Shown piece by piece: positions 1-12,130 of a DNA stretch of 64,000 nt. This DNA comes from Anthoceros angustus (Eukaryota > Plantae > Anthocerotophyta). How positions within the stretch are numbered: the first letter of the stretch is position 1; each line of letters starts with the position of its first letter. A program made the translations under genes and the position numbers. Location: positions 992,001 through 1,056,000 of the forward strand of contig VJWM01000103.1 in assembly GCA_010909165.1 (NCBI GenBank), given 5' to 3'. Below the pieces are notes generated by a model. It did no database searches, was not told where the DNA came from, and worked only from the letters and a program-made list of their open reading frames with translations.

Positions 1-349
1 TACCGGGAGGTGTGCGAGCCGGACGGAGAGGCCGGCGGAGCAACGTGGAGGTCCGATGTAACCACTTGCGTTCTTTTCCAAGGTTGATAAGCGTAGAGGC
101 GATGAGGAGCGGATGAAGAAGCAGTGGAGCGGACGCACGGGTCCTTAAGCGTTTGGCCACAGGGCTGTTCGGTGAAGCGTTATAAATAGCTGGTGTAAGC
201 GAAGATTGAGTGTGTTAAGGTGAAGTGGACCAAGAAAGGTGAGAATCGGTGGCAAAGCCGCAACGGAGCTATCATTCTCTTGGGAGCGGACTCCATACCA
301 CAACGACAGGATTGTGCGCGCGGCATCCATCGGTGAAAGTCGCGCCACA
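1..349 (+). repeat. 5' LTR (3' portion), ends ...CGCGCCACA
   Basis: Homologous to 7086-7439 (shared ACCACTTGCGTTCTTTT, TATAAATAGCTG, GAAGATTGAGTGTGTTAAGGTGAAGTGGACCAAGAAAGGTGAGAATCGGT, GAAAGTCGCGCC); TATA-like TATAAATA at 181-188. Confidence 0.88.
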
Positions 350-352
350 TTT

Positions 353-369
353 TGGCGCCGTTGCGGGGA
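353..369 (+). promoter_or_regulatory. Primer-binding site complementary to the tRNA-Asp(GTC) 3' end
   Basis: TGGCGCCGTTGCGGGGA 3 nt after the LTR end; one base short of TGGCGCCGTTGCCGGGGA, the complement of the plant tRNA-Asp 3' end (Athila-type PBS). Confidence 0.85.
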
Positions 370-559
370 AATCGTTCCGTAGCAAGCGTGGATGCGTGGA
401 GGCGTGAGGTAGTTAAGGACGGTGCTAAGAGAGCGGACGTTGTGGCCCCGCGTGCTCCGAGCGAGAGAGGAGCTCGAGGCGAGACACCGGCCGCGGGAGC
501 GGTGGACTTGCCGGACCAAAGCGTAAGCGCCGGGAAGTAAGGAGCGGTTCCTCAAACTT

Positions 560-1750
560 TGCGGCGCATGGCAACAACGTCGACCAAACAGCGTACTCCA
601 TCTTTGGAGGTAAGAAGGAGAGAGACCTTTGTGGAGGATTTCGTGTCGCCAACTTCAATGGGAGGATCGGATGCCGCGGCTCATCCGGTCAAGGGGTTCT
701 CAGGACAGCTCGGTGTCGAAGAGTATCGGCCACCCGGAATGCCCCACCCTCGTTGAAGGATGCCTTCTTAGAGCGATTCGTGGAATTGACCAAGAATGTG
801 TCCAAACTCGAGAACACAGGCGAGGCAAGAGGAGAAGTTGGGATCGTACATCGAGCGGTTCTGCCGAGGATCGACACCACCCACCACCATGCGGTGATGC
901 GTTGGGCGGGCTTACCAAAGCCAATGGCTAAACACGCGTCCGTTGGCGAAGATGTGAGCAAGGCGGTCCGGGGCGGTGAAGAATCGATGCACCAGCGGAG
1001 CGCTCTAGGAGGAAGAAGAAGAAGAAGCGGGGTTGGACTCAAGATGAAGAGTCTTGGAGGAGGATGATGAGACCGAGGTGGCATCGGAGGAGGAGGAAGA
1101 GGACTCGAGGAAGAATGAGGATGCCATGGAAGAAGAAGAACCTCGTCAAGAAATAAGAAGAAGCCCGTGAGAAGCGGAGGGTGGAAGAAGGAGGTTATGA
1201 TACACCGCCGGAGAGGTTGCGACCCAACTCCTCAAAGTAGCGGGCGAGGAAGATTTGGAAAAGTGATGAAGAGGGTGGAGGTTGACGATCAACCAAGTGA
1301 AGGACAAAGAGCGGCGGGCGGCCACCACCCGAACCCATCTGGTGTGCGGTGCACCACGGCATGGGCACTCAAAGTGCCCCTCCGGACCTGAAGTGGAGTC
1401 GATTATGGGAGGAGTCCGAGGAATGGGAGGATGCTTACAGTGCAAGAAGCCCCCGGCGCGATCCGATGTATCCAGCGGAGGTCCATCCATACACCGCCCC
1501 CGATGCAACCCCGAATGGGAGGACCACCGAATCCTTGCGGCGTGGTCATTTGGCTGTGGGAACCCGGGCACTACTCCAACGTGTCCCATATCCCAGCAGG
1601 TAATGGAGATTTTGAACGGTTGTGTGGGGATTATGGCGGGCATGGCGGCGATGCCTTGTGTCCAACCTCGTCAAGCAGTGCTGCCACTCCAGAGCGGCCG
1701 ACCACGACGCCTCCCTTCCTAAAGGCCCGTGCTACAAATTGAGGATGCAG
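560..1750 (+). pseudogene. gag: gag (frameshifted) with CCHC zinc-knuckle remnants
   Basis: Acidic/basic low-complexity tract followed by LVCGAPRHGHSKCP, CLQCKKP and LCGDYGGHGGDALCP in shifting frames. Confidence 0.7.
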
Positions 1751-2135
1751 TGGCGGAGTTGCAAGAGGGAGTCCAAGAGCTAATGTGGTCCGTGGTCCCG
1801 GATCTTTGTTTGGTGATTGTGATGCCATCCAGTTGGAGTTGCACGAGATGATGCCTCGCGCACATCCGCAAAAGGTGAGGATCTGTGCTGCAGCGTTGCC
1901 AGCGTAAAGTACCTCCGGCGAGCTAGAATGGATTTGGTCTTAGAAGCATTGTTCGAGGCCAAGTTGTGCGCCCGATTTAAAGCGGCATTGTTGTGACAAA
2001 AATGTTTAGGCGTGTTGGCCATTCAAATTGAAGGTGATTCTGTAGCATTCTTCCGCATGACAAAAGGAGGCAACTCCAGCTAAGGAAGGAGAGTTAAATC
2101 GAGACTACTGAGGGAGGGGTCAAGCCTCCGGAACG

Positions 2136-5100
2136 TTGGGAGAAACGGACCCACCCAAAGCAACACCTCGGCCGGATGTGGGGGTGGCGGAGATGTCGAC
2201 CCGGGGAGTGGTCCCCACCACCAGTGTGGAGAGGATGAGGCGGATCCTCGTGGGAGCCACCACACCTTTCAAGGTAGCCGACGATGATGGATCAACAACA
2301 TTTGGTAACAGGTTGTTAAAGACAACCCGGTATCGGCAGAAGTCCGGAGGGCCATCGAGGAGACACAACCACGGAAACCCCTTGAGTCGAAAGGACAAGA
2401 ATGTGGAGGTAAGGGTAGTGTCTCATACGGACCGGGCGATGGTTCGTAGAAATTGCGGGTGTGTGATCAAGAAGGATACCTCGGATACGGGGTCGAGTGA
2501 ACCTCATCACGGAAGCCACCGCAAGACGGTTGGGGTTCACGCTTTGAGCCACCAAAACCCCTTCGAGATGGCGGATATGTCACAGGCCCGGGAGTTGTCC
2601 GAGTCCAAGCCACCATAGCGAGCCCCTATACATTGGACTTTTGTCATCGACCGCCGGACCTGTAGGTGCTTGGGACGTCCATGGCTGGGCTTGCTCGGAC
2701 AAAGTTACACTGGAAGGAAATCCACTTCAAACCCGTGGATTGGGATCCAAGGTCGAGAGGGAAGGGTGGCTCTCACTTGGAGTAAGGATACATCTGTGGG
2801 AAGCTGAGCACCACGGAGGTACACCTCCGCCGAGGATAGTACGGATGATGAAAGGGAAGACAACCCTTTCCCCAAAATCACATGGTCGAGGAGGAGATGG
2901 ATTCTGAGGATGCCTTTGGAGCGGAGGTGGACGGAGGTCGCCGATTGCTTGTGGCGAAAGGAGAGGAGGCGGCAGTGAGAGGGTCCAGAAAAGATGAAGA
3001 GGTGGGGGAAGGAAGTAACCCGCTTCACCTGACGAACTCTTGAGAATGGGGATGCGAGAGGGCGATCCCGAGTGGAGGACGAGGGTTTGGACGCGAGGCA
3101 GCGAGAACAGGAGACGTGAACCCGGACGGCGTGGAAGAAGTGGAGGTCCGGCCGGGCAAATTCACAAGTTTAAAAAGGCATGCCTCCGGACTGAAGGACT
3201 AAAGCACTGGGGAGTTTTGCGGTGTTCGCCTTCAAGGTCACGGACATGAAGGGCATTAGAAGAAGTGGGAGAGCATAAGATCGATTTGAAGCCGGAGGCG
3301 GTGCCGGTCAGAATCCGACAATACAAGCTCAACCCCAAGTATTCGATCAAGGTGAAGGAGGTCCTTGATAAGTACAGAGACATCATTTTCCCCATCAAAT
3401 CCGTGAGTGGGTTCGATTGTGGTGGTCCCAAGAAAAGCAGCCGGGACAAATTCGGGTATGCCAAGATTGGAGGAAGCTCAACGCCGCAGAAGGACCACTT
3501 CCGATGCCATTCGTGACGACATTTTGGACAAGGTGGACGGACTACTTACTCCTTCTGGATGGCTACTCGGATACAACCAATTGCACCTAAGGGTGATGGG
3601 ACAAGGCGACCTTCACTGAGTGAAATGCGTTTGCCTACAAGAGAAGTGCCTTTGGGATGACCGGGCCCGGGGTCGTTCATGCGTATGGTGACCAACGTCT
3701 TGGTGACTTCACGAGGGACTTCATGGAGATATTCTGGATGATTTTGTGTGCATGGGGAGCGGGACAAACACCTTGGACATCTAAGAAAGTGCTTGGGCCT
3801 GGGAGACTCAATTGAGCCTACACCGAGAAATGCTACTTTGGAATGACGGAGGGAATCTTCTTTGGGACATCGGGTGTCGGCGCGGGGAATCGAGGTGGAC
3901 CAGGACAAGGTCCGGGTCATCCAGTCTCTCCAGCCGCCGACGAACCTAAAGGAGCTGAGAGGTTTCCTGGGAATGGTGGGATACTACCGCCGGTTTATTA
4001 AGGACTTTGCGAAGAGGGCGGCTAAGTTGACAGAACTACTGCGGAAGGAGGAGGTTTGGACCTGGTCTCAGGAGAGAGAGGAGGCCTTCCGGGATTTACA
4101 GAACACCTTGGTAAGCGCACCGGTTCTAAGAGGACCGGACTGGAGCAAGAAATTTCATGTGTACGTAGATGTGTCCGCTTTTGCTATCGGAGTAGTGCTG
4201 AGCCAGAAGGACGACAAGCGAAGGGATTATCCCGTATACTACGACAGCTCACCGGGCACACCTTCACCCACGAAACCTTTGGGTATGGTATATCTTTGTC
4301 AAGAAATTCCACTACACACTACCCGGTGAGTTTGTGTTCTATGTAGACCACTTTGCTTGTCGGTGAATAAGGCGGACTGTCGGACGGATAGCAAGGTGGA
4401 TATTGTTGCGGAGTTCACGTTTGAAGTGGAAACAAGACAAGGGAGGCGCAAAATGCGATTTCTGTCACGATTGAAAACCAGGTGTTGAGAGATCGGGAAG
4501 ATGCGTTCCGGATGAGACATTGGTTGCCGCATAAAAGTACAACCGGAGGAGCCCAGACCGAACCCCAAGCTACGAGGCCTTAGCGAGCGGAGAAGGGAGG
4601 GTCCGCGCGTCCGACCTACGAAGAAATGGGCGGTACTGGGAATGGAGCTTCCAAATCGACTCGTGGGCGAGGAGGCATTCGTGCACTATGCTCGACCCTT
4701 GATGTACAACGGTGTGTGTTCAAATTAGGGCGGACGGAGTAGAGGAAGGTACTTGGCCGGCGAGGCAGGAGGCGTCGCGAAGGATTGGGGGAGGACACTA
4801 CGCACAGTCACCACCAAAAGATTTTAGGCAGGATCTTGGTGGCCAACAATGTATGGGGACACCCACCGGTTTGTGAAGAAGTGTGATGCGTGTCGGCGGA
4901 TCGGAAGCCGACTCACAATGGCCGTTGGTGCCCATCGGCACTAGCGCCTTTTGAGAAGTGGGGCATCGACCGTCGGACCTATCTGACCAGCACACGGCAC
5001 ACACAAAGCGGTACATTTTGGTGGCAACGGACTCTTGCAGTGGGTAGAGGCGGTGCGAAGCGGACTCTGCAAGCACGGTGGCAAAGTTCCTTTATGAGAA

Positions 5101-5728
5101 CATCATCACGGTATGGGTGTCCGCTGCGGTGAGCGATAGAGGGACTCATTTCCTCAATGATGTGATCACCGTGACGGACTATTTTGGCATCACACATGAG
5201 ACAGCCTACAACCCAAGGCTAATGGGTTGTGGAGAAGACCAATGGACTCATCTGCATTATCATAAACTTAACTATGCACCGGCGATACCAAGTTGCCATC
5301 GGCCTCAGCTTCGGGGCGGCGAGAAGGTAACCTGTGAACTCATTACCTAACCTATGGGCATTGCGTTATGCGGTGGAGTTTGCGGTACCGCTTCTGGATT
5401 ATGATGGAGAAGCGGTTAGCGGATGAGAGAGCCAAGCTGGCGCTTCTTTTGTCCAACACACGGAGGGTCGGGAAGAGGCTGACGGATGCAACTACGGAAT
5501 CAAGCAGGCATGTGACGCCGAATCGGAGTATGTGAAGGCGGAGATTTGGCCTCCTTTATGACCGCATATGCACTTTCGGGCAAACTTCACTTGAGGTGGA
5601 TGGGTCCTTACCGTGGTGCAGTGTGCAAATGGGTCCGTTCAACTCGGCGGTTGGATGGGGAGGCTGTTGCCAACCGGGTGAGCGGGTGGCGTGTAAAAGT
5701 ACCATGCCTAGTGTTGGCGGAGGCGTAG
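2136..5728 (+). pseudogene. pol: pol (protease-RT-RNaseH-integrase), multiply frameshifted
   Basis: EHKIDLKPEAVPVRIRQYKLNP and GYNQL (RT); VDQDKVRVIQSLQPPTNLKELRGFLGMVGYYRRFIKDFAK...VYVDVSAFAIGVVLSQ (RT-RH); PFEKWGID, SDRGTHFLNDVI and GKLHLRWMGPY (integrase, GPY/F). Confidence 0.9.
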
Positions 5729-7085
5729 CAGATGAGAAGGGAGTATGGGCTACGGACTTCCCTTGGGGTTAGGAAATAAGTGGGGTTTTGTTTTTTGTAG
5801 GTTGGAATAGTAAAATAAGGCGGAAAAGGAGGAATAAGCACGGATGGCGCTTGGACGGACTTGAGTAAGCAACGGACCACTCCGGACTAAGCAACGGACC
5901 ACTCCGGGTAAAGCGGACCCGGACCACTGGAAACTCCGGACTACACTCGGGAGCAAGTCCCGAGCTCCGGATACCCCTTGAGTCTGAGTCCGTCCGACCC
6001 CACTCCGGGTGAGCAGATAAGTACGCCGGGAAAGCAACTTTGAATTGAGTCGAGAGGACTGGAGGCACCACGTCACCCTCGGCAGGAGGACGGACTTCCA
6101 GACGGGTCCGAAGGAGAGGCGAGGGAAGAAGGCCCCGGGGATAGTGCGGCCACGGGGACCTTGGGGGCGTTGTTCGACGACGAGGGTAGCAGCGGTGAGA
6201 GGGAGCAGCCGGAGGAGCGGAACGAGGGAGCGGCGAATGTGGCGGAGGTAAGCACCCTGCACCTCACCATGGAAGAAGGGGCCAACGAGGGAGTCGCCTT
6301 GAGGAGCAGCGGAAGGACTCAGGAGAGCCACGAGGAGTCCCGTGAGGGAAGAAACCCGGGCGCGAGTTCGGACCACGAGGTCCGGACTCAAGGAAGACGG
6401 ACCACGAGGTCCGGACTCAAGGAAGACGGACCACGAGGTCCGGACCCCGTGAGACAAGGTCGGACCCTGGCCGGACTCAGTGGCCGGACTCCACAAGTTC
6501 AGTGAGGGCAGGACCTCGAGGTCCGCTTGGCAGAAGGGAGCCCCTTCGACTTACGCTGGGAAGATAGTCGGTGGCCCCACCGGCGAGGACCAGACCCGAG
6601 GAGGATGACGTCGTAGGCGGTTGTCGAGACGCCGCCGAGCCCAACAGCGAGATTCCGGAGAGAGGAGGGCCCGCCTCACGGATCATCCGATTGGGAGCGC
6701 CACAACCGGGCGGAGATTGGACCACCCATCCCGAGGCGAGAATCTTCCCAGCCACCGCCGGAGATAGGGAGGAAATAGGATGGTACGATTAGGGCATCTT
6801 GTGGCCATCGGAATAGGGGGTAATAAAGACGCCGACCTTGGGCGTAGTATAAGAGGGCCGAGGCCGCTCTAGTAAAGTATCTTTCTCTTGGTGTTGATGC
6901 CGCTTCTTGCACCCTTGGGGCGTCTTCTTGCGAGTCCCGAGTCAGGCGGGCACGACGACTCCCGGAGGCGAGTCAAGGTCCCGTGACGGACTTAACGTGT
7001 GGTGGTGTGTGCGAGGGAAGGGGCCGAGGACCTTGTTCGTCGAGAGCGGTCCAACGTCGAGGCCGGGCCGGCAGTGTGAGGGAGG

Positions 7086-7439
7086 TACTTGGGAGGTGTC
7101 TGCGAGCCCCGGAGAGGCCCGTGAGCAACGAGAGGTCTGACGTAGCAGCCACTTGCGTTCTTTTTCCAAGGTGGATAAGCGAGAGGCGATGAGGCAATTT
7201 GAAGAAGCAGTGACGCAACGGGCCTGCAGGTCATACGTTTGGCCACACGGGCTGTTCGTGAAGCGTTATAAATAGCTGGGTGTAAGCGAAGATTGAGTGT
7301 GTTAAGGTGAAGTGGACCAAGAAAGGTGAGAATCGGTCAGCGCGGCAAGCAGCTATCATTCTCTTGGGAAGCGGACTCCATACCACAACGACACGATTGC
7401 AGGTTATGCGGCTGTCCATCCATCGAAAGTCGCGCCTAC
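7086..7439 (+). repeat. 3' LTR, portion matching the 5' LTR (true start further upstream, possibly near 5750)
   Basis: Direct homology to 1-349; a purine-rich PPT candidate AGATGAGAAGGGAG lies at ~5730-5743, just after integrase. Confidence 0.85.
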
Positions 7440-7570
7440 GGCACCTCGACTTCATTACCCGGCATTTAGTGCGAAGGCTCTTTTGACGAGCCGCATTGTA
7501 TCGAGTCTTGCGATCCACTTCTCATCCACCTTGCGCATCTCCTCCTCCTCCCATTACGCGCCCCAGAGCA

Positions 7571-10500
7571 ATGGCCAACTACGATGACGGCCAAGGCGTG
7601 TTCGATTTTAATTTCGGGCGGCGGGTCGGATGCATGTCATTACCGAACGGGTGGCCATGAGTCGGCGACTCAATTGTTGATCTCAGATGATGCACAACTC
7701 CGCGTCGTAGTTTTAGAGGATGATTCACGAGGCTATGGCGGCGTCGGCGGGCATAGTCCTTGAAGAGACTGGTGGCGGACTTCTAGCGGTGGAGGCGATG
7801 GCGATGTGCGTGTTCGAGATATGGAGGGAGCGGAGGATATGGTTGCCGGTGATGGCGACCTTTTTTACATGCGATCCGTGCGATGCGGGCGGAGAGGATC
7901 GCACAAGAAGAACTCGTGCAGACGTTTAACCGGATGTCCGTGCTCGGCCTTGACCGCAGCGGCGAGGCCCGGCCGTGTGCCACCACGAGGCGGCACACAG
8001 CACCATCCATCCGGACTTCTTGATCACCCGGTGGCGGCGCATCGCGAAGATGTACCTCGGCGCATTTTGAACCGCGGATAACACCGGACGCCTGCCGGCG
8101 ACAAGGTCGGCCCTCCGGCGGATCTTTGTGGCGGGTCAGAATACTATCGAGAATGTGCTACACCTGGGAACAGGCAAGACTACGATGTGGAGTGTTGCGA
8201 GTCTCCGGACTTTGGTGAGAAGATCCACATTGTTGATTTTGGGCTTGGCTTGGAAACAATATCGCAGGTGATGGCGGAGTTGCAACGAGTCAAGAGCTAA
8301 TGTGGTCCGTGGTCCCGGATCTTTGTTTGGTGATTGTGATGCCATCCAGTTGGAGTTGCTCGAGATGATGCCTCGCGCACATCCGGCCAAAAGGTGAGGA
8401 TTTGCAGCGAGCTGGCGTTAAGCGTAAAGTACCTCGGCGAGCTAGAATGGATTTGGTCTTAGAGAAGCATTGTTCCAAGGCCAAGTTGTGCGCCGATTTA
8501 AAGCGGCATTGTTGTGACAAAAAATGTTTAGAGCGTGTTGGCCATTCAAATTGAAGGTGATTCGTGTAGCATTCTTCCGCATGACAAAAGGAGAGCAGGA
8601 ACAGCATTTGCAAGACCATCTGGATCTGATCGAAGACGAAGAGGAGTTGTTGCCCATAGTATGGATAAACCGGATTCCACATGGGAAGAAACAGGTGTGT
8701 GTGAGGGCTTTACGGGTTTTGCATTGGGTCACTAAGATACAAGAATGCGCAAACCGGGTAGTGAAAAATGTTAGATGGACCGTAGGCTACGGTCTCATAA
8801 AGCAACGCCATATGGATTACACGTCATGTGGATGGACGTTTTCTTCAAAGGTCGGAAAGATCGCGAATCGGAAGTCTTCAACTTGCCGACTCATTACACA
8901 AGAGGAGATCTTCATTGAGTATGCCAGCGTGAGCAGGTCGTGCTCCCACGTTTATTCTGACTACTTTTGCAAGCTTTGGATGAAGTATTTCCGGTTAAAA
9001 TACCAGTGCAATGGTTTCGATCTGTCGCGATGACCTAAAGAGGAAAATAAAAGACAGTCGGACCACGACAAGGTGAGATGGCGGTCCTTATTCCAGCGGT
9101 CACCGGATGTCCCGAACTTTGGCGCAACCCCATGGCCTCATACCCTTTTCTTGCGAATGAAGGCGGGGCTTGAAACAAACCGTGTGCACATTCTTGGCGC
9201 CCTTATTGTTGCGTGTGCGGACAAGAATGTGGGTACTCGAGACTCCACAGAGAACAACAAGGAGCGCGCGAAAATGGCGCGCACACAAGTGCTTTGGGCG
9301 GCTAAGTTCATTGGTATTGCCATAGATGGTATGGACCAAAAAAGCGAGTTGCCCCATTATGATTGCCAAAGACGGTTGATTCGGAGCCCTTGTCGGGCTT
9401 CACGTTCTAGGTGTCTTGGTGTTCAACTACTTGGTGCGCACAGTGTATTTGAGTTTCCGAATGTGAGAAATGATCCGAATGGGCTGTAGTGATTGATGTT
9501 ATCAATACACAGGCCGCTCCCCTATTCTATACTTGCGATGGACAACACTGCTCAAAACAAGAATCGGAGGTATTGGCATATCATCCATGCTTGTGGCGAA
9601 GGTATCTTCAAAAATCAAGGTGGGGTTTCTTCTTGTTGGCCATACCCACGATCGATTGACCAAATGTTTTCGAGGTTCTCGGTTGTGCTAGGGTTGAAGG
9701 ATGCTTTCACATTGCCCGAAATGATAGGGTTCTTTGAGCGGGCGTACACCCCATCACCGCAGATTCACATCTTGAAGGAGGTGCGGACTTCAAGACCTAT
9801 CTATGGCCGAAGGGGATTGCGCAACGTATGACTTGCATAATCACGATTTTCAACACCAGTTCAAAATAACAAGGAGAGAAGCGCTATCGAGAGGACGTGA
9901 GCTAAGATGCAAGGAGTTTTCAAGTTCGATCCGGTCACCGGAGGGTGGTGTGCGGCTATTACGTTCGGTGCCACCACGGGTGATTGGCGGCTCCATTGTT
10001 GCCGTTGGTCCCATCACATGCCCAAGGTAAAGGAAAGGGACATGCAAAGCGGAAGGATGCCCCGATGTCCGTGTCGATGACGATAGTCTCAAGGCGATGG
10101 CGTGTAGTGGCGTGTAGTGGCGGAGTCCATGAAGTAAGCGGGCCTAGAACGCACCGGCGACATATGAATGTGGAGCAACTATCATGGTGGGATACGTTAG
10201 GGATGAGCAGTAGCAATAGCCGAGAGACTAGCGGTGGCATTCCATTCCGTTGGAGAATGAATGGTCTTGGTACACTCGCGATGAAGAAAAGCGAGGTACC
10301 ACTGTAGACCCTCCGGACTCAACTTTGGTTGATCCCGCAATGGCAGACGGATTTTTGGACATGGTGGAGGTGTACGGGCACATCAGTGCGGAGGGAGGGC
10401 AAGGCGAGGCTCAGTCGAGGTTGTGTGAAGGAGATTGAGGAGGGAATGATGGTTCTGTCAAGGGGATGATCCGGAGGAGACCATTCGCTCGCAAAAGTGG

Positions 10501-10960
10501 TGGAGGTGGACCATGATCTTGGGTCCCTTTCATGATAGTTCATTGGTGGCGGACGAGAACAATGATGCATTCGAGGGAAGGTACATGGAGGAGTTTGTGA
10601 TCTGAGCGCCCACCGGTCGAGGGAAAAAGTGCGGCGATCAAAGAATGGAGGCGAGGGCGTCGGGAGAAGCATTTGCAAAGCCTCAACTTCCGAGACAAAT
10701 GTGCTGGCCTATGATTTTGTGACAAGGAACAAGGCGTTGCAGACGACAATGAAGCGATAAAGACCAAAGTCTTTGAGTTGCGTCGAGCCGGTGATGAACC
10801 GGCGAGACTTCCGCCACCGACACGAATGTCATGCCCCGAAGACATGATTGACTCGGAAGACCTCGACAATGTGGAATCAACGGATGAGTCCACGACGTGG
10901 TGGTGGACCACCGGATGGTCCGGACTCGGAGAGGAGCCGGACGAGGCAACCTAATATTGT
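7571..10960 (+). mobile_element. Degenerate DDD-type DNA transposase, Sola1-like (DUF7869-type)
   Basis: Frame-shifting motifs CDKKCL..AFFRMTKGEQEQHL, YSDYFCKLWMKYF, IGIAIDGMDQKSELPHY, MDNTAQNKN and IDQMFSRFS...AFTLPEMI; these match the D-GMDQxK / DNxxxxNKN / GHT..D pattern of Sola1-type transposases as I recall it. Confidence 0.6.
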
Positions 10961-12130
10961 CAACTTTCCGGTTCCTTGTACCAGTTATGTCCCTCGGGCT
11001 TGAATGCGCGGATTGTTTTCGTCTTTTCGTGGAAAGGTTTAACTTGCCATCGGCATCATCTCTGTTGTAGGAAGTTGACGGTGTGATAATGTCCGAGAGT
11101 AACGGCGACTATGTCGAAACCCGGCAATGTGGTGCTCTAATTTTTTCAATGTTCTGGTTTTGGGGACCGACCATAATGACTATGGGGTGGAGCAGGGCCG
11201 GTCAGACGCTGGTGGCGATGTCGGTGAGCAGGGGCGCACACAGGCGTAAAACGGTGAGTACCTGAAGACGGGGCTCAAAAAACGGCGTCTTCCTCCTCGG
11301 CCCTTCCTTGCCCAGCCTTGTCTTCCTCCTCCTTTGTGGTTTGTGCACGCCGCGCTCATCCCGTCCTCTGGCAGAGAGCCGTCCTCACGCCATGCTCCTC
11401 CACCTCCTTCCGACCTCACGTTGTCCGGTTTTGCCTTTGTTCGCCCCTCCTCCTTACGTCCCATCCATCCAACCTTGCCTTCAACTAACCTTCGCTGTTT
11501 GCAGCCCTTCTGGATGAGGACTCGCAGAGGTGGCTACGAGTCACCACCTCGTATCACAAGGGAGGATGTGGAGGCAGCAAGAGGCGGAGAAGGATGGAAG
11601 TTGCCCATCCAGGACTTGTGTGGAGGCCATTTGGGTCTCCGGTGTGCGGCGTGGGAGGGGAAAGAGCAGTATGGGCTGTGGCCATCTCCTTCCATGCGAG
11701 GGTGGCGGTGGCATCGTAGATTTTCCGGATCTTTGCGGTGAGGTAGGAAAAAGCCAAGGGGGCTGGAAGAGGACTATAGGATAGCGAAGGAGGGGTTCCT
11801 GGAGGCGAAACAAAGGGTGCAGCAACTCCAGCACAGCGTCGCAGAGGAAGGAGGGGTGAAGGAAGAGCACGAGGACTGTCCGGTCCCAGCAATTGTTTAG
11901 AGCTTCCCGTGACCTTGCTGCCGTGAGTCCATGCAACGACTTACGAATGAAGGTTCTTTGCGGAGGAGGCTGTCGCCGGGAGAGGCTGGGTGGAAGTGAA
12001 GGAGGAGGCAGGTGGAGCACTTACCTCTGTTACCTTTTCGCTTGAGAGTTGAGCATGGTTGTCATTGCATGCACTAACGGGCTGTTCATTGTATGGAGCA
12101 GTGATGGGGACACCCTTGGCGGAGAGCACT
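10960..12130 (-). pseudogene. Possible second, spliced gene remnant convergent with the transposase
   Basis: Minus strand shows a CAG|GTACTC donor at ~11258 after an acidic/low-complexity segment, and a protein-like stretch LPGFDIVAVTLGHYHTVNFL*...WQVKPFHEKTKTIRAFKPEGHNWYKE at ~10965-11130; no family recognised. Confidence 0.3.

Larger units (their letters stand above)
1..7439 (+). mobile_element. Ty3/gypsy LTR retrotransposon (non-chromovirus, Athila-like PBS), degenerate; 5' end lies upstream of the window
   Basis: 1-349 matches 7086-7439 (LTR pair); PBS directly follows the 5' LTR; gag CCHC knuckles, then RT, RNaseH and integrase in gypsy order (RT-RH-INT). Confidence 0.92.

Noticed and set aside
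6045-6505. env-like extra ORF in the gypsy element
   Set aside because: Short GC/purine-rich ORFs made of tandem repeats, with no TM segment or recognisable motif.
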